Shown here piece by piece: positions 1 through 11,157 of a DNA stretch of 64,000 bases (within the stretch, counting starts at the first letter, position 1; every line of letters starts with the position of its first letter). The notes beneath the pieces are model-generated. The model was not told the origin of the DNA. It saw nothing but the letters and a program-made list of their open reading frames with translations, and made no database searches. The DNA is taken from NCBI GenBank assembly GCA_032718475.1, contig JAUCBJ010008343.1, forward strand, positions 1 to 64,000, read 5' to 3'. The DNA comes from Nemertoderma westbladi. Its lineage: Eukaryota > Animalia > Xenacoelomorpha. Position numbers and translations under genes: made by a program.

Positions 1-1100
1 ACTCAGCCTAAAGTTTGCGTAGTGTTCAGTTCATTACATTGAGGTTTGGATATCGATGGAAGATTACACTCCTACTGTACCTTGTATTGCCAGCCTCTGA
101 GGTAAATAATATTTAAAATATAAACTCTAATAGATGAAATCCACACACATCCGCATATAGTTAACGTCCGTGGGCTGGTGGGCTCTGGAATAATTTAAAA
201 TAGTATTGAACTTACAAATAAATGTAGGACCACACACTGTATTTATTACTATTGAACATATTTTGAGTAATAAAGAGTAAAACACAATGTTTGTGTAATT
301 ATTAATAGAATAAATATTAGTTTATTTTCATTTATTAGTTTAATTAATAATTAGACTGGGGCTAAAACTGGGCGACTAAATAAATGTATGTTATCCACGG
401 GAAATTGTCATTTCCTATACACATTGACATTAAATTGACTATATAAACACTGCTTGCTGTAAGAGGAGTACAGGGGTAGATAATTGGGTGTTCAATTATT
501 ATTATAGTCTTAAAAAGAAATATGGGCTATTAATTATTAGCAGCCCACTTACTGCCTAACACGCTGTATCTCATTGTGTAGTTAAATATCCGTTCGGCCT
601 ATAGTAAGTCATTGATTAGTCCCCAAGGAGGGCTAGGGACTATAGCCCCCCCCCCCCCCTCCCTTCCCGACATAGATAAACTGAAAAAAGTTGAAGATAA
701 ACAGTAATATTGAATGCTATATTTTACGGGTGGGTGGGCCGAATCGCCCCCCCCCCCCCCCCCCCCCCAGTGGTGCTAATGGTCAAAACACCAACACCCC
801 AGTGGTAATAGGGTTAAACATAACACCCACAAAGCACATTACACTTTCCAAGCAGATTCCACAACATGTCACAATCCGTATCGCCGCTACCACTACGAAA
901 AATAAATGACATAACATCCTACAGGAATTAACAGAGTTTAGTGGTTTGTAACAAACTTAACATCTTGGCATATTGATATAAATATTAATTATAAAATATA
1001 TTTATTATACCATGGAAATGGTAAAATCGCCACATCTAAAAAGTTCGCACAATAATTTAAATAAAATTATTAAAAGTTTGACATCCGAATACAATCAGAT

Positions 1101-2262
1101 GGGTAACAGACGTTTCGGTCTAAGACGTTTTGGCCTAGGACATTTCGGTCCAATGAGTTAAATACAAGATTTGCTTGTCGGACGTTTTGGCCTAAATATT
1201 CACTTTACTCCCTTAAATAAGTCAAGAAATATAAAGTTTAGTCTACACAATGTAATATGTAGAAGATTATATGCATATAATTTTAACACATTTAACTGTT
1301 AATTATAATACCCATTAATTATTTTAAATAGGCCTACAGTTTAACCTCCAATCGCTATTATACATAGATTATCGCCTGTCCCAGAATGTGATATACGGTT
1401 ATACATGTAGAACCTGCCGCAGATAAATTGACATCAGTAGTTAAGTTACACAAGGTTTATTTGCAGAAGCTTCTGTATACTGTAAATACTCATATATAGT
1501 ATAAAAAACTAAGATTTGCAACATACATTACTAAATTAATGTGGGATATTGTTCGTCTTAGGCCTAATGTTAATTTTGTGCTATTCTCCCTTCGCGTTCA
1601 AGAGCAAGACGTTCCGACGTTCGAACATAATGTGATAAACAAGATATCAGATATCACCTGTTCTAGAATTTCTACCGGTGTGCGAAATACCAGTGCTAGT
1701 TTACAGTCCTCCAATCGTTAATATTGTCTTTATTGTTACAAAATTAAATCAATTACTTTATTCAGTTATTTTACTTAGATTATTAAGTTATTCTACTATT
1801 TTTAAATATATGTCATCCATATGTCATCATATAACATATATTATCACTTCTTACAAAGCAAATACAAACCAAACATAATTTTAAGAATAAGTTGTTCAAT
1901 ATATTTGTTTTGAAGTTTTTACGTTACTAGAACAATTGTTACTTAGTAGGAACTCTGATTCACCTATTCTAAAGTAGTCAAGATAGACATATTATTTATT
2001 TAATTTTGTAATAAAGGTAAATTAAATAGCCTTTTCATAAACGATATTTCATTAAGACTTAACAACACTTAGTGTTGTTTGTATGTTATTATGAAATAAG
2101 TCTAACTTAAATGAATAATTATTATCATATAATAAAACAACTTGGCCTTTTCTTTCAGTTGCAGTCATGGGCCGAAACGTCCGGACCGAATCGTCCGGGC
2201 CGAATCGTCCGGGCCGAAACGTCCTGGACCGAAACGTCCTAGGCCGAAACGTCTGTATACCC
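1101..2262. mobile_element. Non-autonomous TIR (foldback-type) DNA transposon with 8-bp TSD
   Basis: Imperfect TIRs GGGTAACAGACGTTTCGG... / ...CCGAAACGTCTGTATACCC; subterminal arrays of ~15-bp CCGAAACGTCC-type units; direct repeat AATCAGAT at 1093-1100 and 2263-2270. Confidence 0.8.
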
Positions 2263-3116
2263 AATCAGATTACGCCTTAGCAGCCCAACTACTTCTTGAG
2301 GCTCACTCAACGTGTTGGCGGGCCTATTTACACAAGCGGCGATGCCTTTACCGTATGGTAGTTAATGTGTCCAGATGTTGAGTTAAAGCCAGTAGTGTGT
2401 ACTTTACTTTGCATATTTAACATTAGCCTATGGGGAGTATCGTTGTTGTAAGATAGGTCAGGGGAAGGGAAATACAACTCAACCACTAGACAAAGCGGCT
2501 CTCTTTACTTTCAGCTATCCCAGGAGGTTGATTGACAGACACTTCTAAGCTTTGATATATAGCCGCTCTAGGTAGACTTGCATTAGGCAAATTCCAAGTG
2601 ATTTCCTAAAGGTTATTTATTTCCAATTAGGTTCCTATTAGGATCCTATTAGGATCCAATAGGACGTTATTTGAAAGCGTTACTGTACTAGCATTAATAT
2701 TTTAAAGAAGGAATCGTCTGGGAGTACCAGAGATCTATAATTATATTTACTACCTGCCTACACCTTAATAATAGGCCCTATTACATTATCTTATCCCGTT
2801 ATTTACGGATTAAAGACAAATGTGACAATACAGTAGGCCCTACAGTAATACTAAACCAGTCTTTATATATTCAATCTCGGCCCTCCCTGGGACGTCGATA
2901 CGTGGATACGTCGCCCTTTGGACGGAGCATTAGTTTCCACAGAAACTGAAATAAACATTGTTTTTATAAAAATACTAGCTACTATGAAAATTGTAGGAAA
3001 CTATTTATAGTACCATAGAAACTAGAATATACAATGTCTTAAAAATCTTGATAAAAAATAACAAAATTTTTAGGTATAGTTTTTGTAATAAAAACAATAG
3101 ATATCATGAAAATGTT

Positions 3117-3505
3117 TTACCCGCGATATTTTTACTCTCGATATTTTTACTCGCATTATTTTTACTCTCGATATTTTTATTCGCGATATTTTTACTCTCG
3201 ATATTTTTGCTCTCGATATTTTTATATTCGCGATATTTTAACTCTCGATATTTTTATTCGCGATATTTTTACTCTCGATATTTTTGCTCTCGGTAATTTT
3301 ACTCTCGATATGTTTACTCGCGATACTGTAGTTTCGATATTTTTTTATCTCGAGATATTTTTACACGCGATATTTTTTAATCGCAATATTTTTCAACACT
3401 CGATATTTTTACTCGCGATATTTTTTTTACTCACAATAGTTTTACTCTTGATATTTTTTTTACTCACAATATTTTTTATTTACTCTTTAAAGTCTCGATA
3501 TTTTT
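3117..3505. repeat. 15-bp minisatellite (TTTTTACTCTCGATA-type), probably a transposon subterminal array
   Basis: Visible degenerate tandem units; they generate the spurious YFYSR ORFs. Confidence 0.85.
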
Positions 3506-3974
3506 CACCAATACGTAATCATCACCCATTGCCAAAACTGCTATCTTCTGACTTTAATTTTCGCTTATTGTTTTGGATAGAAAATTCCTGCCAATGTAAA
3601 CTGCCCCTTTCCGTTGAGAGTTAAATAGGCAAAATTTAACTGATGTAAATCTGAAAAAGGTTTGTTTCCGTAGTATTGGACCTATACCGTAGCGCATTAT
3701 ATGAGTCAGGAACTATCACACCCTAACACAGGGCCATCTAAATAACTAGATTTTAGAAGAACTCGATTTTAAGTTGTTTAGATGGCCTTGCCATATCACA
3801 ACTGCTAGGCCTACTGCTAACCTCCCTACAGCCCAATTTCTGAATTTAGCGGGTCTCATTCTTAATCATCATCATCAATCAGATTTATTCACTTTCTTGC
3901 AGCACCCTTACCGCAGTACCGGTAGGCTATTACTGTTGTTTTGTATCGATTCCGTTATGTAATGCTGTAATGAA

Positions 3975-4358
3975 ATGGTGTCAACGTTCCTTCAATATGT
4001 ACGACAATCATTAGCGTCGCTAAAACGCCCGCCGCAGCGCACCAAGTTAGACCACCGCCTGCGGCTGGAGGTGGGACGCATGTGGATGTACATGCTGGTA
4101 CCGGTTTGCGGTATGCTATGGATGTACACTGAGGGTTGGTTTGATAGATACGTTCTCGCAAAGTTATCGGTGGGGGCGCCAGTAGAAACCTTCGAGAGAC
4201 ATCAGGTAGTGCGGAAAGAATACGAGAGGAAGAAAAAACTCCAGGTCGGTAAGATAGAGAAAGAGAGGGTAGTTATTCTGGAGCAGAAGATAGCAGAAGC
4301 TGAAGCTAGACGGATACTCCTAGGCGCTAGGTCTGTTAATAACGCTGAAACTAAGTAA
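3975..4358 (+). CDS. PET100: PET100-like cytochrome c oxidase assembly factor (intronless, N-terminally extended)
   Basis: RLEVGRMWMYMLVPVCGMLWMYTEGWFDRYV matches the PET100 core as I recall it (KLEIFRMIIYLTFPVAMFWVSNQAEWFEDDV in human); single TM followed by a charged helical tail. Confidence 0.7.
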   Translation: MVSTFLQYVRQSLASLKRPPQRTKLDHRLRLEVGRMWMYMLVPVCGMLWMYTEGWFDRYVLAKLSVGAPVETFERHQVVRKEYERKKKLQVGKIEKERVVILEQKIAEAEARRILLGARSVNNAETK

Positions 4359-4545
4359 TTTCTTAATGTTCGTCCAGTCGTCTACTGTGTAAACCTAGGG
4401 CTACTTAGTTTCAGAGTTTAGTATCTGATATTTGCTAAGTGTAGGTACATGCTATTGCTATGTCTGAATTTTTATAAATTTTTCATCTAATTTTACACAC
4501 GGGAATTTCTGAATTTAGCGCCAGGCGGAGTTTTACGTTACCGGT

Positions 4546-4902
4546 ATGGCAGGTATTTTAACTCGCCGTATTTGTTTCTCGTTATCAAAAAAACCATTGA
4601 AACCTGGTAGATTTTCTATTGATTCGTCGTTACAGCATGCCAGCAGCAAACCACCGGTAACTAAGGTAACTCCATTGATAACTAATGTAACTCCATCGGT
4701 AACTAAGGTAACTCCATCGGTAACCGAAGAAACTGAATCCCTGGATACGAACGATACGGAAACCCCCAGCGATGAGGCAGATGCGTTTAAACCATTTCCT
4801 TCCGGAGTGAATCCGGATAGTGGAGAGATCGGTGGTCCCACAGGCCCAGAACCTACGAGATACGGAGATTGGGAGAGGAAGGGCCGGGTTTCAGACTTCT
4901 AG
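4546..4902 (+). CDS. SDHAF4: Succinate dehydrogenase assembly factor 4 (Sdh8/DUF1674), intronless
   Basis: Diagnostic C-terminus [26 protein letters not shown]; basic N-terminal mitochondrial presequence; AATAAA at 4955-4960. Confidence 0.95.
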   Translation: MAGILTRRICFSLSKKPLKPGRFSIDSSLQHASSKPPVTKVTPLITNVTPSVTKVTPSVTEETESLDTNDTETPSDEADAFKPFPSGVNPDSGEIGGPTGPEPTRYGDWERKGRVSDF

Positions 4903-5958
4903 GTACAAAGGGAACCCGCTCAACTACTTTCCCCTTTGGAAATTATTAATATAGAATAAACTTATTTTAACATTGTTTTTGAGTTATAAGACTGTTTCAG
5001 GCTTGAAATAATTGGAATACACCTCTGTTCTTCTGTTGTTGTAGACACATATTTCAACAAGTTATAGATAAATTTCCATTCGTGTTTATTTCATTTATGG
5101 AACATTCCATGCTACCATGTGCAATTATCCAGGCCAAATAACCCGCCCATGAGAAGAATACCAGGATTTCACTTTTCGGTTGACTTTTTATTGGAATTTT
5201 ATATATGAAGATTTTTTATTTTTTTTTAATTTATCTTTATTAAGTGTTTTATAGCGCTTATTTCTGTCTTATAACCTGTACATATACTAATTCGTTTATT
5301 GTTTTGGTTAGATTCAGCCCTTCTGTAACCTGTGTTTTTGGTGAAAACCTGGTATTCTTCACATGGGGGTAACTGCAAAGTGAAATATAACGGCAGAAAG
5401 TCTGGTATTCTTCACATGGGCCAAATCACCAAGGTATTCAGAATTCCTTCGAACTTTCACTTTCACATGTTCAACTTCGACACATCCATGAAAGTAGAAG
5501 AACCAACAACCAGACCAGGCTTTTTAAATTTGGGGCTTTTTTAATTCGCAGAATTTTCTTGTGACGAAAGCCACAGTTGCTAAAAATTTACATGTGGATG
5601 TTATTTTCAAGTTTGAGTATCAAGATTAGTTTCTTGAAATTTCTCTCAAAATTGAGTATTTATTATAAAGTATACAATTGACCTCCAGTGTATCTCAGCT
5701 ATTTATTATTTGGAGCTGTATATTATTATTTGCAAGTCCAGCTTCCATTTCCTTTAATTTAAATTGCTACTTTCAATGTACGTTCACTATCCACTGTATC
5801 GTTTTCACTCACCTTCTAAACCCTTCTATGAGATAGAGAATACAATTTGTTCTAACCAAGTTATTTAGATTGTTATTTCTTAAAAAAGAATGGTTTATTA
5901 TATTTCTTCAGTTCATTATTACAGCAAAAAGTAAAAGAAATGTCTTATGATTCTTACT

Positions 5959-6411
5959 AATGCTTAAATTTCTATCACAAAAACAATAAAATGAACCCCA
6001 GAAATGCTTAGATTTCTATCACAGAAACAATAAAATGAACCCCAGAAATGCTTAGATTTCTATCACAGAAACAATAAAATGAACCCCAGAAATGCTTAGA
6101 TTTCTATCACAAAAACAATAAAATGAACCCCAGAAATGCTTAGATTTCTATCACAGAAACAATGAAATGAACCCCAGAAATGCTTAGATTTCTATCACAG
6201 AAACAATGAAATGAACCCCAGAAATGCTTAGATTTCTATCACAGAAACAATAAAATGAACCCCAGAAATGCTTAGATTTCTATCACAGAAACAATAAAAT
6301 GAACCCCAGAAATGCTTAGATTTCTATCACAGAAACAATAAATTGAACACCAGAAATGCTTAGATTTCTATCACAGAAACAATAAATTGAACACCAGAAA
6401 TGCTTAGATTT
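5959..6411. repeat. 44-bp tandem repeat, ~10 copies
   Basis: Unit AATGCTTAGATTTCTATCACAGAAACAATAAAATGAACCCCAGA; period measured 5959 to 6003. Confidence 0.95.
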
Positions 6412-6469
6412 TCCCCACCCTCCATCAGGTTCACTTAAACTATTATTACATGGAAATGTAACTGCTAAA

Positions 6470-7030
6470 CAGGGACCGGATACGATACGATACGAAAACG
6501 GATTTTAGAATCGCATTATTTTATTCGTATCGAATTTCGTATCGTATCGTAAAAATTGAATTTGTATCGTTTAATACGAATAAATATTTTTCTTATTCGT
6601 ATTTTCGATTCTTATTTTTTTGTAAATATTAATGTTTTCAACAGTCAAACCAAACATCACCCCATTTATTTCTTTTCATTTTATTCTCAAAATGGTGTAT
6701 TAGTTAGGATACAGCTTACAGTTTTATGTTAATAAAATGTGTAAGAAAGGAGGAACGTTAATCACATTGTAAGTAACTGTAGAATAATGATAAAAAGACC
6801 ACTGAAATATAATATAATTACAGTTGAAATAAACTTGTGTGGAGAACTCTAATCGCGCCTAAGGCATTGGTGGCATTTTAGTGAGAGAATAAAAAAAATA
6901 AAACATTTGTTTTGAAATAAAACATAGTTTTATGGCTATACTTTATGTTATACTTTTTCGTATCGTATCTTGTATTTTCTCAAAATTTAATTAGTATCGT
7001 ATCATGAAAAAATTGGTTCATATCGTATGT
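6470..7030. mobile_element. Degenerate MITE-like element with GATAC/GTATC subterminal repeats
   Basis: Starts CAGGGACCGGATACGATACGATACG; inverted CGTATCGTATC clusters near 6540 and 6960-7030; right end and TSD not clear. Confidence 0.4.
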
Positions 7031-7254
7031 ACTACACAGTATACATACATATACATACATACAGTATAAGTTACAGTTTAGTTCAGTATTGAAGGCTTTC
7101 ATGTTTCTGGTTCTGGGTCCATGATTCGGGATACATCATATAATATATACAACAGGTATGAGTTACAGTTTAGTTCAGCATCGAAGCCTTTCATGATTGG
7201 TTCATGACTGGTTCTGGGTCCATGATTCGGGGTACATCATAAAATACATACATA

Positions 7255-8421
7255 CTAACAATTTCCCTTTTGGCCTGATATATTATCGATTTCAACCTGT
7301 TTATTTTTTACTTTAAAAAGATGATTCATCACTCTACCAAGAATATTTTCTCTATATATAAGAATCCACAGCAGCTCAATGAACTCGAATACCGTTAGCA
7401 GACTCATACCAATCCACAGACCCAACGCACCTCCGATATTACTCAACAGATCTTGCCATTGGTATTTGGGTGACTCTATGATGGTAGTGACATCCATTGT
7501 TTGGAATCCAATCTCTAAGTTGGCTATATTTTCTCTGAACATCCTCAAAATAGAACCCTGAAAGGCTCCATCATCAACTTTCATCGGTAACTCATTGACA
7601 CAATCCTGATCACCTCCACAAGCCTTACCTATGACACCCATGAGGAATTTTGTGAAACCTTTTGCATTTTCTTTCTTCAATAAATGTAAATTTATATGAC
7701 CAAGATACTCTTTGGATGGCCACAAAGATTGACTGGAATAGGTTGTAAACTCGGTTTGGTTACATGCTTGTGGACAAACACAAAATGCACCGTTTTCATT
7801 GCTAGTGTGGTATTTGTCGCGAACTTCTTTAGGGCACTTTGTTTCCTTCTTAGAAACATCTGTTTCTGCAAAGCTGCACACTTTAGCATCTAGAAAGTAG
7901 TCATCAACACATCCACATTCCTTTAACATAACTTTCTGCAGGCAAAACTGTTCACACAAGCGGTCATCGTAATCATATTTAACACTCTCAAAATCGACGT
8001 AATTACTTAGCAACCCTGCAAACTCTATATTCTGGGCACAATTTGTGTAAGGTTCTCCAGCAAGTATACGAATGGTTTTCTTAACAGCTATATGTGTTCG
8101 TCTTCCAGGCACGATTGTCATACCATTTAAGTGAGGATGTGGTTCTACTGAAGGAGGATGTATAGTAACGCGGATACCAGTAGATCGAGACATCAACCCT
8201 ATGTATTCATCGGTTTCTACATTTAATGTCAATTTTAGAAGTTGTTCGGGATACTGCACGTACTGACTGTTATCTGATGTTGTAGTGTCGGGCTTTTGGT
8301 AGTTGAATGTGAAACAGTTCCCATAGTGTTTATTCTGAAATTTTAGAAACTCTTTACAAGGCTTACCAGCAAAACTGCAGTCCAACACCATGTCACTAAA
8401 TTGGTGTCCCAATCTTGAAAC
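7255..8421 (-). CDS. DEG/ENaC channel copy 1, exon 2 (palm, thumb, knuckle, TM2)
   Basis: Acceptor gtttcatag|GTT (phase 0); motifs YGNCFTFN, GIRVTIH, Cys-rich thumb CPQAC, TM2 LLSNIGGALGLWIGMS. Confidence 0.95.
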   Translation of the reverse strand, partial: VSRLGHQFSDMVLDCSFAGKPCKEFLKFQNKHYGNCFTFNYQKPDTTTSDNSQYVQYPEQLLKLTLNVETDEYIGLMSRSTGIRVTIHPPSVEPHPHLNGMTIVPGRRTHIAVKKTIRILAGEPYTNCAQNIEFAGLLSNYVDFESVKYDYDDRLCEQFCLQKVMLKECGCVDDYFLDAKVCSFAETDVSKKETKCPKEVRDKYHTSNENGAFCVCPQACNQTEFTTYSSQSLWPSKEYLGHINLHLLKKENAKGFTKFLMGVIGKACGGDQDCVNELPMKVDDGAFQGSILRMFRENIANLEIGFQTMDVTTIIESPKYQWQDLLSNIGGALGLWIGMSLLTVFEFIELLWILIYRENILGRVMNHLFKVKNKQVEIDNISGQKGNC

Positions 8422-8806
8422 CTATGAAACATAAATTGAAATATAGTAAGGTTTATAAACAAACTGTTATCTTTTACTTAAATATGTTGTCTTGTCTCTG
8501 ACATCAATTCAATATTTACTTAACATGGGGGCTTACTCCAAAGGTTGAACTACCATATTAAATGCTTTTCTTTACTTTCATAGTGTAGCACTGGTAACCC
8601 TAACAATGGGCCAATGAACAAGGTACCGAATTGCAATCGGCTCTACCGTGGGCGTGGATTTCAATGACTCATTGCTAGAGGTGAAAGGAGTAACAGCTCT
8701 CCACACAGATGGTGGAGGGACAACCACTGTATGAGTAAATATTTAAATAATGTTGACCAGAGATGTTATGTTGGCCCACTTTTTGTGATACACAATGTAT
8801 CTACAA

Positions 8807-9185
8807 AGCTTTGTAGGATACTACTAGGATCGGCATGCTGCATTGCAGCTGCATTTTTAAGAATGCTGTGCCGGCTTGTCAACAAAATTGCACCGCCACA
8901 ACTCCTTATCACCCATGACATTTGCTAGATCATCCGCATCTTTAAGGCCAGTGTCCTTTAAGATGCGTCTCAAGAAAGTCATGGGCTGTCCACCATGCTT
9001 ATTCACTCCATGAGGCTGCCAAAGTACAAGATTATGCACTGGCTGGTCCTCACGGCGAAAGCAATGTCCTGCAAAGCGGAGGCGATTTTGTTCTAGCTTG
9101 GTCAAGCTTGGGGGAACCAATGAGACACCTCTAATGTTATATAGTGTCTGGTTGGAGATGTGTGCATTGTACTTGACACAATGAG
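8807..9185 (-). mobile_element. RTE-clade LINE 3' fragment in the intron of copy 1
   Basis: RLRFAGHCFRREDQPVHNLVLWQP motif; same 3' UTR and TAG tail as the copy at 46762-47350. Confidence 0.85.
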
Positions 9186-9289
9186 GATAAATGTGGATAA
9201 ATGTAGGATAAATGATGGTCTACTAGTGTAATAATATCTTACTATCCTAATAATAATATCATATTAATATGATAATATAATAATAATAA

Positions 9290-9665
9290 CAGCAGTTTGG
9301 TCTAGTGGTGACATTCCCGGGCTTCCACTCAGGAGGCACTGGTTCGACCCCTAGATGGGGCATCACTGTTTGGGCGCAGTGCTTTAAATGCTGCAGCCTA
9401 GCCAACACTCGCTTTCATCCTTAACTGGTCAAAAATTGTAACCAAGGCAACTTGGGAAACAGAGTGGAAGGGTTTACTGTGGAAGATCAACCATGGCGGT
9501 GAACAGGCATTCTTTTGGGAAACAGAGTGGAAGGGTTTACTGTGGAAGATCACCCATGGTGGTGAACAGGCATTCCTTGGGGAAACAGAGTGGAAGGGTT
9601 TACTGTGGAAGATCAACCATGGTGGTGAACAGGCATTCCTTGGCTTAACGAGCCTAAAAGATTCT
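9290..9665 (+). mobile_element. tRNA-derived SINE with Deu/Nin-like central domain and a 63-bp unit triplicated
   Basis: A box TGGTCTAGTGG, B box GGTTCGACCC; GCCAACACTCGCTTTCATCCTT..GGTCAAAAATTGTAACCA resembles the Deu/Nin domain; three 63-bp repeats at 9454-9642. Confidence 0.65.
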
Positions 9666-9727
9666 CTCAATCAATAATATGATATTGTAATATTCTTAAG
9701 GCCTAACATAATGTAGGCCTACTGTAC

Positions 9728-10660
9728 CTGTGATTTGGACAACATCGCCATTTCTGACACATCACTAAAATCGAAATCGTCGGAGTTTTCCCATGCTTTT
9801 AAGAAGACCCTTTCTATATTGGTTACATTAACACCGCAATACTCATCAACATGGTTTCCACAGTCATCTCGAAAGTTGCATGCCGCATTCAATTGGTAGC
9901 ACACACTAGTACCTGCAATTTTGAGGTTACAAGGTAATAAGTCATCCGTAGGTTTGTGATCATCATCTTTCATGAATGATACATCCTCATCATGATTGGT
10001 TGTCAAGTTCCTAAGGTATTCATTTCCAACAAGTTCCTTTGTATCACAGTTATATAAACAACCAATTTCATCCTTTGAATTCGGACATTCTTTCTTCCCA
10101 TTGCAAACATTTTCTTTCGGTATGCATCTACCAATATCTGTTTCACAATCGAACTGCGATGCCTCGCAACCTGGTTCTTTAACCGGAAATAACGGAAATA
10201 AAGGTAAAATTGATGACTCTGAAACAACTTTATTTAAGTTGTATTTCTTTTTCGCATTATAAAATGCAGAGGCGAATTTTTCACGTGCGAGTGTGTCTAG
10301 ATCAACCAAATCATAAAATGGTATATCGCTTTCAACGTGACTGCTGGTCGAGCTGAATGGGTTGAATTCTAATGCATTCCTTCTGATGTTATTCTCATTA
10401 CAGATGGTTACTCCCGGAAATTCGATAAGAAATTCCTTTTTACTTTGAAAGGATACGGTTTTAGGCAAGTCTACATAGTCGATGAATAGCAAACAGACTT
10501 GTAGCAGATATCCGCTAAACCCACCCAGTAGCAACACCACCCATATATAGCGCCACAGACGGTTGGGTGGGTTAACAGCCCTCGGTGCCCCATGGAGGGT
10601 GACACCTTCAAAGAACTTACTGCATATTTTAGATAGCGGTTGGTTTTCAGATTTATTCAT
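9728..10660 (-). CDS. DEG/ENaC channel copy 1, exon 1 (N-terminus, TM1, finger with two LDLa-like modules); spliced product ~699 aa
   Basis: TLHG gating motif, TM1, FPGVTICNEN signature; CEASQFDC..GRCIP..VCNG..ECPN..DEIGC; donor CAG|GTACAG joins exon 2 in frame (MLSKSQ|VSRLGHQ). Confidence 0.93.
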
Positions 10661-11157
10661 CTTTGGAATTGATCTTTCTGATAATCAGTATTAGCCACTG
10701 GACTTCTGCTGGTGGTAATTAATTCAATATTATTGAAATATTACAGTAGTAAATATGTAATAATGAAGTATGTTACTATTTTTACACAGTAAAAGAGTAA
10801 ACAATATCATAGTAGGCTTACATTACATTGAGCAGAAACAAGCCACTAAAGACTACTTTCTATTTCTAATCAATTGATTAATGGATTTAAACACAGCGGT
10901 TCTTGTGTTTGAAATTAATAAATTTTAGAATTAACAAGTATGTACATCATCAGGCCTATGTTTCTTGGATCATCATTGTCTATAAGATGCGCTAAAATAA
11001 TTCAGACTGCCAGATTTGTCATTTCAAATTTAAACAGCCAATGAAAACACATTTTCATAATTTTCCTGTTCCTTTTTTCCAATATATTTGCATTTTAAAA
11101 TCACACCCCGCCAACAATTTCGGGATCTCTTACTTAATTTTGTGTTTCTAGTCAATA

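Noticed and set aside
3048-3624. YFYSR / LLSIF ORFs
   Set aside because: Translations of a 15-bp minisatellite.
4350-4546. Spliced PET100-SDHAF4 fusion via AA|GTAATT and TTTAG or CCAG acceptors
   Set aside because: Both joins are out of frame with SDHAF4.
9290-9362. Functional tRNA gene (also 15720-15800)
   Set aside because: Acceptor and T stems do not pair well, and the 9290 copy continues into a SINE body.
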